A program made the translations under genes and the position numbers. 54,021 bases of DNA from an uncultured Candidatus Marinamargulisbacteria bacterium (GTDB lineage Bacteria > Margulisbacteria > Marinamargulisbacteria > UBA817 > CACECR01): positions 1 through 54,021 of the forward strand of contig CACECR010000002.1 of assembly GCA_902558105.1 (NCBI GenBank), read 5' to 3'. The notes below the pieces were generated by a model, which saw only the letters and a list, made by a program, of their open reading frames with translations, had not been told where the DNA came from and made no database searches. Position 1 is the stretch's first letter. Each line of letters starts with the position of its first letter. Below, in pieces: positions 1 to 9,446 of this stretch.

Positions 1-1308
1 CCTGAATTCATGTTAGAATTCAGACTAAAAGCTTTTAGGCATTGGCAAACAATGACCGAACCTAATTGGTCTTACGTAAATTATCCAAAAATAGATTATC
101 AAGACTTTCATTATTATGCGGCTCCTAAAGAAAAAGAGAAATTGAAAAGTATGGATGAAGTTGATCCAGAACTTAAGCGCACATTTGAAAAATTAGGAAT
201 ACCACTTCACGAACAAAAAAAATTAGCCAATGTTGCTGTTGATGCTATTTTTGATTCAGTATCTGTAGCTACAACTTACAAAGACAAATTACTTAAACAT
301 GGGGTAGTATTTTGTCCAATTTCTGAAGCTCTTGAAAAATATCCAGAATTAGTTAAAAAATATTTGGGATCAGTTGTTCCTCACACAGATAATTATTTTG
401 CCGCATTAAATGCAGCCGTATTTTCAGATGGTTCGTTTGTTTACGTACCGAAAGACACCGTTTGTCCGATGGAACTATCAACCTACTTTAGAATTAATGC
501 TGAAGAAACGGGTCAGTTTGAGAGAACTCTAATTATTTGTGAAGATAACAGTTATGTGAGTTATTTAGAAGGATGTACAGCACCAATGTTTGATACAAAT
601 CAATTACATGCAGCTGTAGTTGAATTAGTAGCTCTTGAAAATGCTGAAATTAAATATGCTACAGTTCAAAACTGGTATCCTGGTGATCCTAAAACTGGTA
701 AAGGTGGAATTTATAACTTTGTAACAAAACGAGGTTTATGTAAGGGAAATCATTCTAAAATTTCTTGGACACAAATCGAAACAGGATCCGCTATTACTTG
801 GAAATACCCAAGCTGTATACTTTCTGGTGATCATTCGGTTGGAGAGTTCTATTCAGTCGCTGTAACTAATAATTTTCAACAAGCTGACACCGGTACAAAA
901 ATGATCCATTTAGGTAAAAACACAAAAAGTACTATTATTTCGAAAGGTATTTCAGCTGGTAAGTCTGAAAATACTTATCGAGGACAAGTCAGAGTAAATA
1001 AAACCGGTATAAATGCTAGAAATTATACACAATGTGATTCAATGTTAATTGGTAGTGTCTCTGCAGCTCACACAGTACCTTACATTGAAGTAGAGCACCC
1101 ATCAGCACAAGTTGAACATGAAGCCTCAACATCTAAAGTGGGTGAAGATCAACTATTTTATCTAATGTCTAGAGGCATCAGCTTAGATGATGCACTTGGA
1201 ACAATAGTTTCTGGCTTCTGCCAAGATGTATTTAAACATTTACCAAATGAATTTGCTGCAGAAGCCAATCAATTGCTTACATTACAATTAGAGCATTCTG
1301 TCGGATAA
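1..1308 (+). CDS. sufB: Fe-S cluster assembly protein SufB (5' end cut off by window edge)
   Basis: The reading frame is open back to base 1 (codons PEF precede the listed Met), and a full SufB is longer than 432 aa. SufB/D-family C-terminal block (..[19 protein letters not shown]..). Followed directly by sufC-sufD-sufS. Confidence 0.9.
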   Translation, partial: PEFMLEFRLKAFRHWQTMTEPNWSYVNYPKIDYQDFHYYAAPKEKEKLKSMDEVDPELKRTFEKLGIPLHEQKKLANVAVDAIFDSVSVATTYKDKLLKHGVVFCPISEALEKYPELVKKYLGSVVPHTDNYFAALNAAVFSDGSFVYVPKDTVCPMELSTYFRINAEETGQFERTLIICEDNSYVSYLEGCTAPMFDTNQLHAAVVELVALENAEIKYATVQNWYPGDPKTGKGGIYNFVTKRGLCKGNHSKISWTQIETGSAITWKYPSCILSGDHSVGEFYSVAVTNNFQQADTGTKMIHLGKNTKSTIISKGISAGKSENTYRGQVRVNKTGINARNYTQCDSMLIGSVSAAHTVPYIEVEHPSAQVEHEASTSKVGEDQLFYLMSRGISLDDALGTIVSGFCQDVFKHLPNEFAAEANQLLTLQLEHSVG

Positions 1309-1322
1309 TTAAGGAGATAATA

Positions 1323-2078
1323 ATGATAGAAATTAAAGATTTACACGTAAAAATTGAAGAAGAAGATGTAGAAATTATTAAAGGATTATCTCTAACAATT
1401 AATAAAGGTGAAACTCATGCAATCATGGGGCCTAATGGATCAGGTAAAAGTACTTTATCTAAAGTGTTAGCTGGTGACGAACAATATGAAATCACTTCTG
1501 GAGATATTTTAGTTAATGGTGAAAGCATCTTAGAATTAGATGCAACCGAGAGAGCATTGATGGGGATCTTTTTAGCTTTTCAATATCCAGTTGAAATTCC
1601 CGGCGTAAACAATGCTAGTTTTCTAAGAATGGCCTACAATGCTAAGCAACAACATGAAGACAAAGAAGAAATTGATCCAATTGATTTTGAAGAATATTTA
1701 GATTCAAAATTAGAACTAGTAGGAATGTCAAAAGATTTTAAGGAGCGTCCTGTAAATTTCGGATTTTCAGGTGGTGAGAAAAAACGAAATGAAATATTAC
1801 AAATGGCTGTACTTAATCCAATTTTTAACATCCTTGATGAAACGGATTCAGGATTAGATATTGATGCATTAAAAGGTGTTGCAGATGCTGTTAACAAATT
1901 AAGAGCAAATGAAAACTGCTTTTTACTAATTACACATTATCAACGACTTCTTGATTACATCGTACCAGATATTGTTCACGTTATGGTTGATGGAAAAATC
2001 ATTGAAACAGGGGATAAGTCATTAGCATTAGAACTTGACAAAAAAGGTTATGATTTCATTCTTGAAAAACAGGATTAG
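1323..2078 (+). CDS. sufC: Fe-S cluster assembly ATPase SufC
   Basis: Walker [13 protein letters not shown] signature FSGGEKKR, Walker [11 protein letters not shown]. About 250 aa with no transmembrane partner. AGGAG Shine-Dalgarno site upstream. Sits between sufB and sufD. Confidence 0.93.
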   Translation: MIEIKDLHVKIEEEDVEIIKGLSLTINKGETHAIMGPNGSGKSTLSKVLAGDEQYEITSGDILVNGESILELDATERALMGIFLAFQYPVEIPGVNNASFLRMAYNAKQQHEDKEEIDPIDFEEYLDSKLELVGMSKDFKERPVNFGFSGGEKKRNEILQMAVLNPIFNILDETDSGLDIDALKGVADAVNKLRANENCFLLITHYQRLLDYIVPDIVHVMVDGKIIETGDKSLALELDKKGYDFILEKQD

Positions 2079-2081
2079 GAA

Positions 2082-3287
2082 ATGACAATGACAGAAACAA
2101 TTAAAAAAGACTCAACTCTAATAGAATGTCTTAATTATTTAGACGATTCAATCGAGTTGTATAAAGATAGAGTATCTAAATTAGAAAAACTCAACAAACC
2201 TAATAGAAAGCAAGAAGCTTGGAAATATTTTCCTCTAAAAAAACTAAACAATTTACCAAAAAATAAGGGAAAAAAAGTTACAACAACCATTCAAACAGGT
2301 GATCAACTAGATTTTATTAATGGTTTTTTAACTCAAAGTATTGATATTGACGGTGTTGAAATAAATTTATCTGATACCTTTAACAACAGATTAAATGTAG
2401 TTCATGAAGAAAATCCATTTACCTCATTAAACACATTAACAAATAATGAAACTGTTTTTATAAATGTAACAAAAAAGGTATTAACACCATTAAAGATAAG
2501 ATTTCATAATGATGAAACAGACACTATTTATACAGATCCTAAACTAATTATTACTTGTAAAGAAAATAGTTCCATAGATATATTAGTTACACATGAAGGT
2601 AATGATACAGATAGTCTTGAAAACTCTTCATTTAAATTTAATGTAGAAGAAAATGCTGAATTAAACTACTTAAGTATAAAAACAGCCACTCGATCTATTC
2701 AAGAAAGCATCGAAATAAACTGCGCGGCAAACACTTATGTTAATGCAAGCTATATTGTACCATCTACCACAGTATCCAGACATGACGCTGAAGTAAACCT
2801 TAATGGATCAAATAGTAAATGCTACTTAAACGGTCTTGGCATTTTAAAATCTGAAGAATCTTTTACATTTAAAACAAGAGTACATCATAGAGTTGAAGAG
2901 TGTGAAAGTTATCAACATTTCAAAAATATTTTATCTGGTAAAAGCATGGCAGAATATAATGGATTAGTTGAAGTATATAAAGATGCACAATTAACAGACT
3001 CTTATCAGCTTAATCGCAACTTGATATTAAGTGATACCGCTAAAGCATTTTCTCGACCTCAGTTAAGAATTTTTGCAGATGATGTAAAATGTTCACACGG
3101 ATCCACAACAGGTCAAATTGAAGAATCTGAAATTCTATATTTAATGAGTAGAGGACTTACAAGAACACAAGCTCATGCAATTCTAGTTTTTGGATTTGCT
3201 GATGAAGTTTTAGAAAGCTCGAAATGTAAATTTGCTCATGATGAAGTTCGCATATTGTTAAAAGAAAGTTTAAAATCCTTAAGTTAG
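2082..3287 (+). CDS. sufD: Fe-S cluster assembly protein SufD
   Basis: SufB/D-family C-terminal beta-helix block (..FADDVKCSHGSTTGQIEESEILYLMSRGL..). Position between sufC and sufS. Confidence 0.85.
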   Translation: MTMTETIKKDSTLIECLNYLDDSIELYKDRVSKLEKLNKPNRKQEAWKYFPLKKLNNLPKNKGKKVTTTIQTGDQLDFINGFLTQSIDIDGVEINLSDTFNNRLNVVHEENPFTSLNTLTNNETVFINVTKKVLTPLKIRFHNDETDTIYTDPKLIITCKENSSIDILVTHEGNDTDSLENSSFKFNVEENAELNYLSIKTATRSIQESIEINCAANTYVNASYIVPSTTVSRHDAEVNLNGSNSKCYLNGLGILKSEESFTFKTRVHHRVEECESYQHFKNILSGKSMAEYNGLVEVYKDAQLTDSYQLNRNLILSDTAKAFSRPQLRIFADDVKCSHGSTTGQIEESEILYLMSRGLTRTQAHAILVFGFADEVLESSKCKFAHDEVRILLKESLKSLS

Positions 3288-3288
3288 T

Positions 3289-4488
3289 ATGAATAATGAA
3301 TCAATAGTTAAACAATTTCCAGTAATAGAAAAAGAAGGTTTGCATTACCTTGATTCAGCTGCTACTTGTCAAAAGCCTAATTGTGTTATTGATGCAATGA
3401 CTAATTTTTATAAGGAAGAGTACGCAACAGTTCACAGAGGAATTTACGATTTATCTCAAAAAAGTACTATTAAATACAATAATGTTAGAAGACAAATTAA
3501 AGACTTTATTGGAGCTAAATCAGAAAAAGAAGTCATTTTTACTAGAGGAGCTACCGAAGCCATTAACTTAGTTGCTAACGGTTTTGCAGCTTTTATTTCT
3601 GAAGGTGATGAAATTGTTGTTACAGAAACAGAGCATCATGCAAACTTATTACCATGGCAAAAAATTGCTAAACAAAAAAAAGCTAAACTTATAGTCATTC
3701 CTATACTAGATAGTGGTGATTTAATATTAGATAACATAGATAAAATAATTAACCAAAATACTAAAATCATTGCCATACAACATGTCTCTAATGTTTTAGG
3801 AACGATTCATCCAATCGAAACAATAATCAAAAAAGCTCATTCTATTGGCGCTAAAGTTCTTATAGACGCTTGTCAATCAGTCTCACACATACCCATTAAC
3901 GTTATGAGTTTAGATTGTGATTTTTTATGCTTCTCAGGTCACAAATGTTACGGACCTACAGGGATTGGAGTCCTATACGGAAAAGAAGAGTTATTAAACA
4001 AAATGGAGCCGTATCAATTGGGGGGTGATATGATTAGAACTGTTACATTTGAAGAAAGTACATTTGCAGAACTACCTATGAAATTTGAAGCTGGAACACC
4101 TCCGATAGTTGAAGTTATTGGACTAGGTGAGGCTATAAACTTTATTAAAAAAATCGGATTAGAAAAAATAAGTTCTATTGAAAAAGAATTATTAGAGTAC
4201 GCACTTAAAGAATTTAAAAAAATTAAAACATTAAAAGTAATTGGAGACACCAAAAACAAAACAGGTGTTATATCATTTACCTTAGAAAATGCACACCCAC
4301 ATGATATTGGCACATTATGTGACAGCTTTGGTGTAGCTATCAGAGCCGGTCATCATTGTTCTCAAACAACTATGCAACACTATAACGTGGCAGCAACAGC
4401 TAGGGCGTCATTTGCATGTTATAATACAAAAAAAGATATCGATAAGCTAGTTGAAGCGCTGCTTTACATTGAGGAAATGTTCGAATGA
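3289..4488 (+). CDS. sufS: Cysteine desulfurase SufS (class V aminotransferase, group II)
   Basis: PLP-lysine context FSGHKCYGPTGIG. Catalytic Cys loop RAGHHCSQ. Operon context. Confidence 0.9.
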   Translation: MNNESIVKQFPVIEKEGLHYLDSAATCQKPNCVIDAMTNFYKEEYATVHRGIYDLSQKSTIKYNNVRRQIKDFIGAKSEKEVIFTRGATEAINLVANGFAAFISEGDEIVVTETEHHANLLPWQKIAKQKKAKLIVIPILDSGDLILDNIDKIINQNTKIIAIQHVSNVLGTIHPIETIIKKAHSIGAKVLIDACQSVSHIPINVMSLDCDFLCFSGHKCYGPTGIGVLYGKEELLNKMEPYQLGGDMIRTVTFEESTFAELPMKFEAGTPPIVEVIGLGEAINFIKKIGLEKISSIEKELLEYALKEFKKIKTLKVIGDTKNKTGVISFTLENAHPHDIGTLCDSFGVAIRAGHHCSQTTMQHYNVAATARASFACYNTKKDIDKLVEALLYIEEMFE

Positions 4489-4946
4489 CAGGAAGAGATT
4501 TATACCAAGACATGATCATGTCTCACAATAAGAAACCAAGAAACTTTAAAAAATTAGAAGATGCAACTCATATTGCACATGGAGTGAATCCATTATGCGG
4601 AGATGATTTTTACATCTATTTAAAAGTAAATGAAGATAATATAATTGAAGATATTGGATTTGATGGTAGTGGATGTGCGATATCTAAGTCATCCGGATCT
4701 TTATTAACAAGCAGCATTATTGGTAAACATATAAGTGATGCCAGCGAACTGAAAGATTGTTTTATAGAATTAATAACTAGCGATAATAGTACTGAAGAGT
4801 CCAAACAAAAGTTAGGAAAACTTACTATTTTCGAAGGGGTTAAAGACTACCCAATTCGAGTAAAATGTGCCACTCTTGTATGGAGAGCTTTAGAATCAGC
4901 ACTTGAATCAAAAGTAGGCGAAACAACAGAAATCTCAACAGAATAA
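4485..4946 (+). CDS. sufU: SufU/IscU-like Fe-S scaffold or sulfur acceptor
   Basis: Conserved Cys motifs NPLCGDD, GSGCAISKSS and VKCATLVW. ATGA overlap with the sufS stop codon. Confidence 0.8.
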   Translation: MTGRDLYQDMIMSHNKKPRNFKKLEDATHIAHGVNPLCGDDFYIYLKVNEDNIIEDIGFDGSGCAISKSSGSLLTSSIIGKHISDASELKDCFIELITSDNSTEESKQKLGKLTIFEGVKDYPIRVKCATLVWRALESALESKVGETTEISTE

Positions 4947-4959
4947 TAAGGAGAAAAAA

Positions 4960-5535
4960 ATGAGTAAAACAATCGAATTATCGGCAATGCCAACACCTAA
5001 CCCAAACACTATAAAGTTTTTACCAAACCTAACGTTCTTTGAAAGAGGAACCATAGACTTTCCCGAAAAAACAAAAGGGGAGTCATCACCATTAGTAAGT
5101 GCATTATTTAAAATTAATGGAATTCAAAGTGTAATGGTTGGGTTTAATTTTATTTCGGTAACTAAACAAGATCCTGAAACGTGGGAACACTTAGTTGAAC
5201 CCGTAAGAGATACCATTTTAGAGTTGCTTGAAAAAGAAAAGAATCCAATTGATCTTAGCTTATTAGCTGAAGCTGAAGCACAATCAGAAGAAATGAGTGA
5301 AATTGCAGAAAAAATTAAAGCAGTTATCGATAACGAAATTAGACCGGCTGTTGCAATGGATGGTGGAGATATTATCTTTAAATCCTTTGAAGAAGGTATC
5401 GTTACTTTACAACTACAAGGAGCGTGTTCAAACTGCCCTTCATCAACAATGACATTAAAAATGGGAATTGAAGGTCGCTTAAAAGAAGAATTTCCTGAAG
5501 TTGAAGAAGTTGTTCAAGAAGGTGGTTTAGTCTAA
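4960..5535 (+). CDS. Nfu-type Fe-S carrier (Nfu N-terminal domain plus NifU C-terminal CxxC domain)
   Basis: C-terminal block IRPAVAMDGGDI..LQGACSNCPSSTMTLK is the NifU-C CxxC motif. N-terminal PTPNPNTIKF resembles the Nfu_N domain. AGGAG Shine-Dalgarno site upstream. Confidence 0.8.
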   Translation: MSKTIELSAMPTPNPNTIKFLPNLTFFERGTIDFPEKTKGESSPLVSALFKINGIQSVMVGFNFISVTKQDPETWEHLVEPVRDTILELLEKEKNPIDLSLLAEAEAQSEEMSEIAEKIKAVIDNEIRPAVAMDGGDIIFKSFEEGIVTLQLQGACSNCPSSTMTLKMGIEGRLKEEFPEVEEVVQEGGLV

Positions 5536-5626
5536 CTTCTAAAACAAATAATTTCAATTCAGATTTGTTAAATAAAAAACAAACTAACTAAAGTAATAAG
5601 ATCAAATAATCGAAATCATAATTACT

Positions 5627-6565
5627 ATGATTAGAAGAAATATTGGGATAATTTTATTACTTATTTTTGTTTCATGTTTATTTGTATTTACACTAAATAC
5701 TTTAAACAATTGGTATGAAGCTAAATATGATTCAAAACGTACTATCATTGAAAAAAGAATTCAAGATAAAATTAACACATTAATAAAAACCACACTTCGA
5801 ACATCTAAATACGAAGTATTAATCACTATTGATTCTGAAACTACAATTGATAATCGAGAATCTATCAAACAAAAACCAGACACAATTAATACCATTGAAA
5901 GGACATTTGTTGAAACACAAAAAGAAATTAGTGGAAAAAAACCATCAATTCAAAAAGTTAGTAATCAGTTAAAATCAAGTCCAGGTTTTGAAAATGTGAT
6001 ACGTGATACACGCTTATCCAAAATAAAAGAAGAGGCTAGATTAATTACAAACGATAAAGAGTTAGAATCCGTAAGTACTGAAAAAAAGAGAGAGACAATA
6101 TATTTAAATCAAGATAAATCATTACGAACTACTGAACGGTTATCTATACAAAATATTATCATTTTCATAATGATAGATCGGTCGACATTAGGTCGATCAA
6201 ATGAGTCAATTGAGAGTCTTAAAGAACTTATAACTCAAAGCTTAGGTAAAAATTATAGTATTGATATTACAATCAAAGAAACCGAGTTTTTTGATAGTTC
6301 ACCGTATCATTTACCAATTCTTATACTAGTTAGTAGTTTACTAGCGTTATATGTTCTATACATATTAATCAAATGGTTTATTAATAGACCCAAAAAAGTA
6401 ATAGAAGAAATCAATGAGGTATTGGAAGAAAGAGACAACCAAGTTGATATTAAAAATGATATCTTAGCACTTGCACAGAGTGACATAAACAAATTTAATA
6501 CAGTCGTTCGGTCTATATTACATAGAAGTGAGTCCGTATTTGAGAAGGAAGATGAAAATGATTAA
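5627..6565 (+). CDS. Bitopic membrane protein, FliF/SctJ-like (miniature MS-ring candidate)
   Basis: N-terminal TM (IGIILLLIFVSCLFVF), about 210 aa of extracytoplasmic region, a second TM (LPILILVSSLLALYVLYILI), and a ~70-aa acidic cytoplasmic tail. The tail ends in ..LALAQSDINKFNTVVRSILHRSE, which resembles the FliG-binding C-terminal helix of FliF (pattern ..P..VA.V.R.WL as I recall it). Segments KYEVLITID and IIIFIMIDRS..ESIESLKELITQSLG..SIDITI resemble ring-building-motif strands. Its stop codon overlaps the fliG-like start. Confidence 0.45.
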   Translation: MIRRNIGIILLLIFVSCLFVFTLNTLNNWYEAKYDSKRTIIEKRIQDKINTLIKTTLRTSKYEVLITIDSETTIDNRESIKQKPDTINTIERTFVETQKEISGKKPSIQKVSNQLKSSPGFENVIRDTRLSKIKEEARLITNDKELESVSTEKKRETIYLNQDKSLRTTERLSIQNIIIFIMIDRSTLGRSNESIESLKELITQSLGKNYSIDITIKETEFFDSSPYHLPILILVSSLLALYVLYILIKWFINRPKKVIEEINEVLEERDNQVDIKNDILALAQSDINKFNTVVRSILHRSESVFEKEDEND

Positions 6566-7469
6566 TAGTAAAGAATTAATCGCTATAATCATTGCTGTTA
6601 TCGCAGAAAAGAATGCAGAATTAGCAAAAAAAATTATCAAGTCATTACCTCAAGAAGAATCAAATGACGTGGTAAATATACTCCAAGAAAATAACTTATT
6701 CAATGAAGAACAAGTGAATAGTGCATTACAGCAGTTTCATAAGTTAGCAATAGAAAAAAGTTCTATCATTATTTCGGATGAATTAAATGATTCACTAGAA
6801 AGCTTAATGGTGATAACCAATGAAAAAAGTAAAGAAATCAAACAAACATTACATAACATTAAAGATGAAAAATATATAAATTTTATGGAGAAAGAAGGGG
6901 AGTATAGTGCAGTAATGCTTTGTCATTTACTTGGTAGTGAGAAAGTCGCCACCTTACTATCAAAAAAAGAAGATAATGAAATTAATCAAATAATTAAAAC
7001 ATATCTAAATTCAACTCCTTATTCAGAATATATTAAAAATAGTATGACTCAATTTTTACTTAATGAATTAAGCGATCAGAAAGATAACAAAAAAATAGAC
7101 ACAAGTAAAATCTGTGAGGTGGTTGAATCCTTATCTGAAAGCACCATTGATTTTATACAAGCACAAAATGATCCTGATCTGAAACCAGTATTAGAGTCGA
7201 TGGTGAAAATTGAAGATATTGAAGAATATGATGATATGAAACTATCAAATTTTTTAAATTACTTTTCCGATCCAAAAGAACTTGTTGTTTTACAATCGTA
7301 CATACCTGAAAACATACAATTTCTTTTATGGAATAAATTAACAGATCGTTTAAAGGCGATTGTTGAAGAAGAGTCTCAACATTATGAAATAAATGAAGAT
7401 GATCAAATAAAATCAAAACAAAAAGCTCTAAAAATTATAAGAAAAATCAAAAAAGAAGGAGTTATATAA
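6558..7469 (+). CDS. fliG: FliG-family rotor protein homolog (three-domain)
   Basis: By-eye colinear match to FliG along the whole length. N domain: ELIAIIIAVIAEKNAELAKKIIKSLPQEE. Middle domain: YSAVMLCHLLGSEKVATLLSKKEDNEINQII. C domain: MVKIEDIEEYDDMKLSNFL..LVVLQSY..IQFLLWNKLTDRLKAIVEEE..DQIKSKQKALKIIRKIKKEGVI, compared with FliG MFVFEDI..LDDRSIQ..LALALKG..I..NMS.RAA..L..D.....V..AQ..I..I.RRLEE.GEI.I. Start trimmed from the track GTG (6528) to the ATG at 6558, which lies 9-13 nt after AAGGA. 6552 is an alternative start. Confidence 0.65.
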   Translation: MINSKELIAIIIAVIAEKNAELAKKIIKSLPQEESNDVVNILQENNLFNEEQVNSALQQFHKLAIEKSSIIISDELNDSLESLMVITNEKSKEIKQTLHNIKDEKYINFMEKEGEYSAVMLCHLLGSEKVATLLSKKEDNEINQIIKTYLNSTPYSEYIKNSMTQFLLNELSDQKDNKKIDTSKICEVVESLSESTIDFIQAQNDPDLKPVLESMVKIEDIEEYDDMKLSNFLNYFSDPKELVVLQSYIPENIQFLLWNKLTDRLKAIVEEESQHYEINEDDQIKSKQKALKIIRKIKKEGVI

Positions 7470-8234
7470 ATGGACATTTCGATATTAATTGGAGTCATAA
7501 TCGCTTCAACGATTGTTGCTAAAGCTATTGGGTTTGAAGAGTTTTTAAATGTTTTTCTTCATATAGAATCTATTTTAATTGTTTTAGGTGGTGTGACAGC
7601 GGCTGCTTTTGTCCATTTTCCTTTTTCACAAATAAAAAAGATTTTCTCTAGACTAAAAGTTATGTTTAGTATGAAACGTTACAATTATATTAATGATATT
7701 AATTTCATGGAAAATCTATCTAAAAAAATTAGGGCTGAAGGAAAACTTAGCATTAAAGATGAATTAAATCAGTCTAAAGATCATTTCTTGAATATGGGAA
7801 TGCAATTGTATTTAGATAACTTACCAATTGATAACCTTAGAGATATTCTTAATGAAAGTATTGGTTATATGAGTAGTCGTCATGAACAAGGAATTCGTTT
7901 TTTTGAACAACTCTCTAAATATTCACCATCATTTGGATTATTAGGTACCGTTATTGGTCTTATCAAACTTTTATCCAAACTTGAAAATCCTGAAGCCGTA
8001 GGGCCTGGAATGTCACTAGCATTAATTACCACATTTTACGGAATTTTCTTTTCTAGTCTATTATTTTTACCAATGGCAGGCCGTTTAAGATTATATAGTT
8101 TAGAAGAACTTCAACAAAAAGAAATGATGATGGTGGGTATATTATCAATTGCAAATAATGAACCAAGTATCATTGTAAGAGAAAAAATGATGTTATTTTT
8201 ATCAGAAAAAGAACGTAAAGCATATAAAGAGTAA
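7470..8234 (+). CDS. motA: Flagellar-type stator proton-channel protein MotA/PomA family
   Basis: 254 aa with a 2+2 TM topology and a ~100-aa cytoplasmic loop. Conserved Pro in SPSFGLLGTVIGLI and in LLFLPMAGRL (equivalents of MotA P173/P222). Loop motif IRAEGKLSI..DHFL..GMQLYLD. Start abuts the fliG-like stop (TAAATG). Confidence 0.85.
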   Translation: MDISILIGVIIASTIVAKAIGFEEFLNVFLHIESILIVLGGVTAAAFVHFPFSQIKKIFSRLKVMFSMKRYNYINDINFMENLSKKIRAEGKLSIKDELNQSKDHFLNMGMQLYLDNLPIDNLRDILNESIGYMSSRHEQGIRFFEQLSKYSPSFGLLGTVIGLIKLLSKLENPEAVGPGMSLALITTFYGIFFSSLLFLPMAGRLRLYSLEELQQKEMMMVGILSIANNEPSIIVREKMMLFLSEKERKAYKE

Positions 8235-8238
8235 GTGT

Positions 8239-8925
8239 ATGAGACGACCAAAACGAGAAATTATTGAAGATACAGATTCAAATGCTTTCATAACAGGATG
8301 GGCTGATACAGTAACATTATTACTAGTATTTTTTGTATATATAATTTCAATTTCTAGTATCGACATTGCAAAATTATTTAAGGCAACCGAATCCTTTAAA
8401 AGAGAAGTAAGCTCCACAGTTTCTTATGAAAGAGAGTTGGTTATTCCAGAATTAACTAAAAAATTACAAAGCTATGTTAAAGAAGAGCAACTTGAAAATG
8501 AGATAAAAATAAGTGGAAGTATTAATGACATCTTAATTAATTTTGGTGACCGATTATTATTTGATTCCGCATCAGCTAAACTCACACCCAGAGGAGAAGA
8601 AATCTTAAAAGAAATAGCCGCACAATTAAATGTATCAGGTATCCTAATAAGAATTGAAGGACATACCGATAATCGACCAATATCAAACGATCAATTTCCT
8701 TCAAATTGGCATTTATCAGCTTACAGGTCTGCTGAGGTTGTAGGCTATTTAGTTAGTAATGGCGTAGATCCAAAAATTTGTGAAATCATTGGATTCTCTG
8801 ATACCAAACCAATCGATAAAAAGAATACAAATGAAGCACGAGCAAAAAATAGACGTGTATTATTACTAATTAAAGAGTCCTACAGCAATCAAACCAATGA
8901 AATAAAGATAGGAGGTGCAGTTTAA
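8239..8925 (+). CDS. motB: Stator protein MotB (OmpA-like peptidoglycan-binding domain)
   Basis: Single TM with the channel Asp (ITGWADTVTLLLVFFVYI). C-terminal OmpA/MotB block IEGHTDNRPI..FPSNWHLSAYRSAEVVGYL...NRRVLLLI. Confidence 0.88.
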   Translation: MRRPKREIIEDTDSNAFITGWADTVTLLLVFFVYIISISSIDIAKLFKATESFKREVSSTVSYERELVIPELTKKLQSYVKEEQLENEIKISGSINDILINFGDRLLFDSASAKLTPRGEEILKEIAAQLNVSGILIRIEGHTDNRPISNDQFPSNWHLSAYRSAEVVGYLVSNGVDPKICEIIGFSDTKPIDKKNTNEARAKNRRVLLLIKESYSNQTNEIKIGGAV

Positions 8926-9446
8926 TGTTCAATCAGAATATGTTCCTAAACTTAATTGAACCTCAATTTTCCAAACTTTTTTCATATCATATGAAAAAAG
9001 ATATTTTATTTAAGATTACCAAAACAGAAAATGAATTGTATGAAAAGATAAAAAAAGAATATATAAAAACAGATCACTCCTATTTTAAATTAAGTAGTTT
9101 TCAATACAATATTTTACTGATAATTAATACTAATATAACCAAACAATTAAGCGAACAAATATGTAGTTCAAATACATTTCAAAATGGGTCAGGAGATACA
9201 TTTATTGAACGATATGTAACAAATCAAATTAATCAACTTATTATTTCGTTATTTAAAAAAGAAAATCTAAATTTCGAAGTAGAAAATAATAAAAACAATA
9301 TTGATGAATTAAATACATATATTAGCCAAGATATAATTTGGCACACTGAAATTAGTACCTACATAAAAGGACTAGAAATTGGTAAAGTAGGGCTTCTATG
9401 TCCTCAAAATATTGTAAGTAGTGAGGGTCAATATGAGTCGATATAG
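8925..9446 (+). CDS. Hypothetical cytoplasmic protein coupled to motB
   Basis: TAATG overlap with the motB stop. No TM or signal peptide seen, so it is not FliL-like. No motif I recognise. Confidence 0.5.
   Translation: MFNQNMFLNLIEPQFSKLFSYHMKKDILFKITKTENELYEKIKKEYIKTDHSYFKLSSFQYNILLIINTNITKQLSEQICSSNTFQNGSGDTFIERYVTNQINQLIISLFKKENLNFEVENNKNNIDELNTYISQDIIWHTEISTYIKGLEIGKVGLLCPQNIVSSEGQYESI

Noticed and set aside
7470-8925. MotA/MotB pair considered as a Zorya-type anti-phage module (ZorAB), or as ExbBD/TolQR.
   Set aside because: ZorA carries a long C-terminal tail and is accompanied by ZorC/D or ZorE, but this MotA is a compact 254-aa PomA-sized protein. ExbD and TolR lack an OmpA-like peptidoglycan-binding domain, which this MotB clearly has. 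The directly abutting upstream gene is a FliG homolog, which points to a rotor-stator system.
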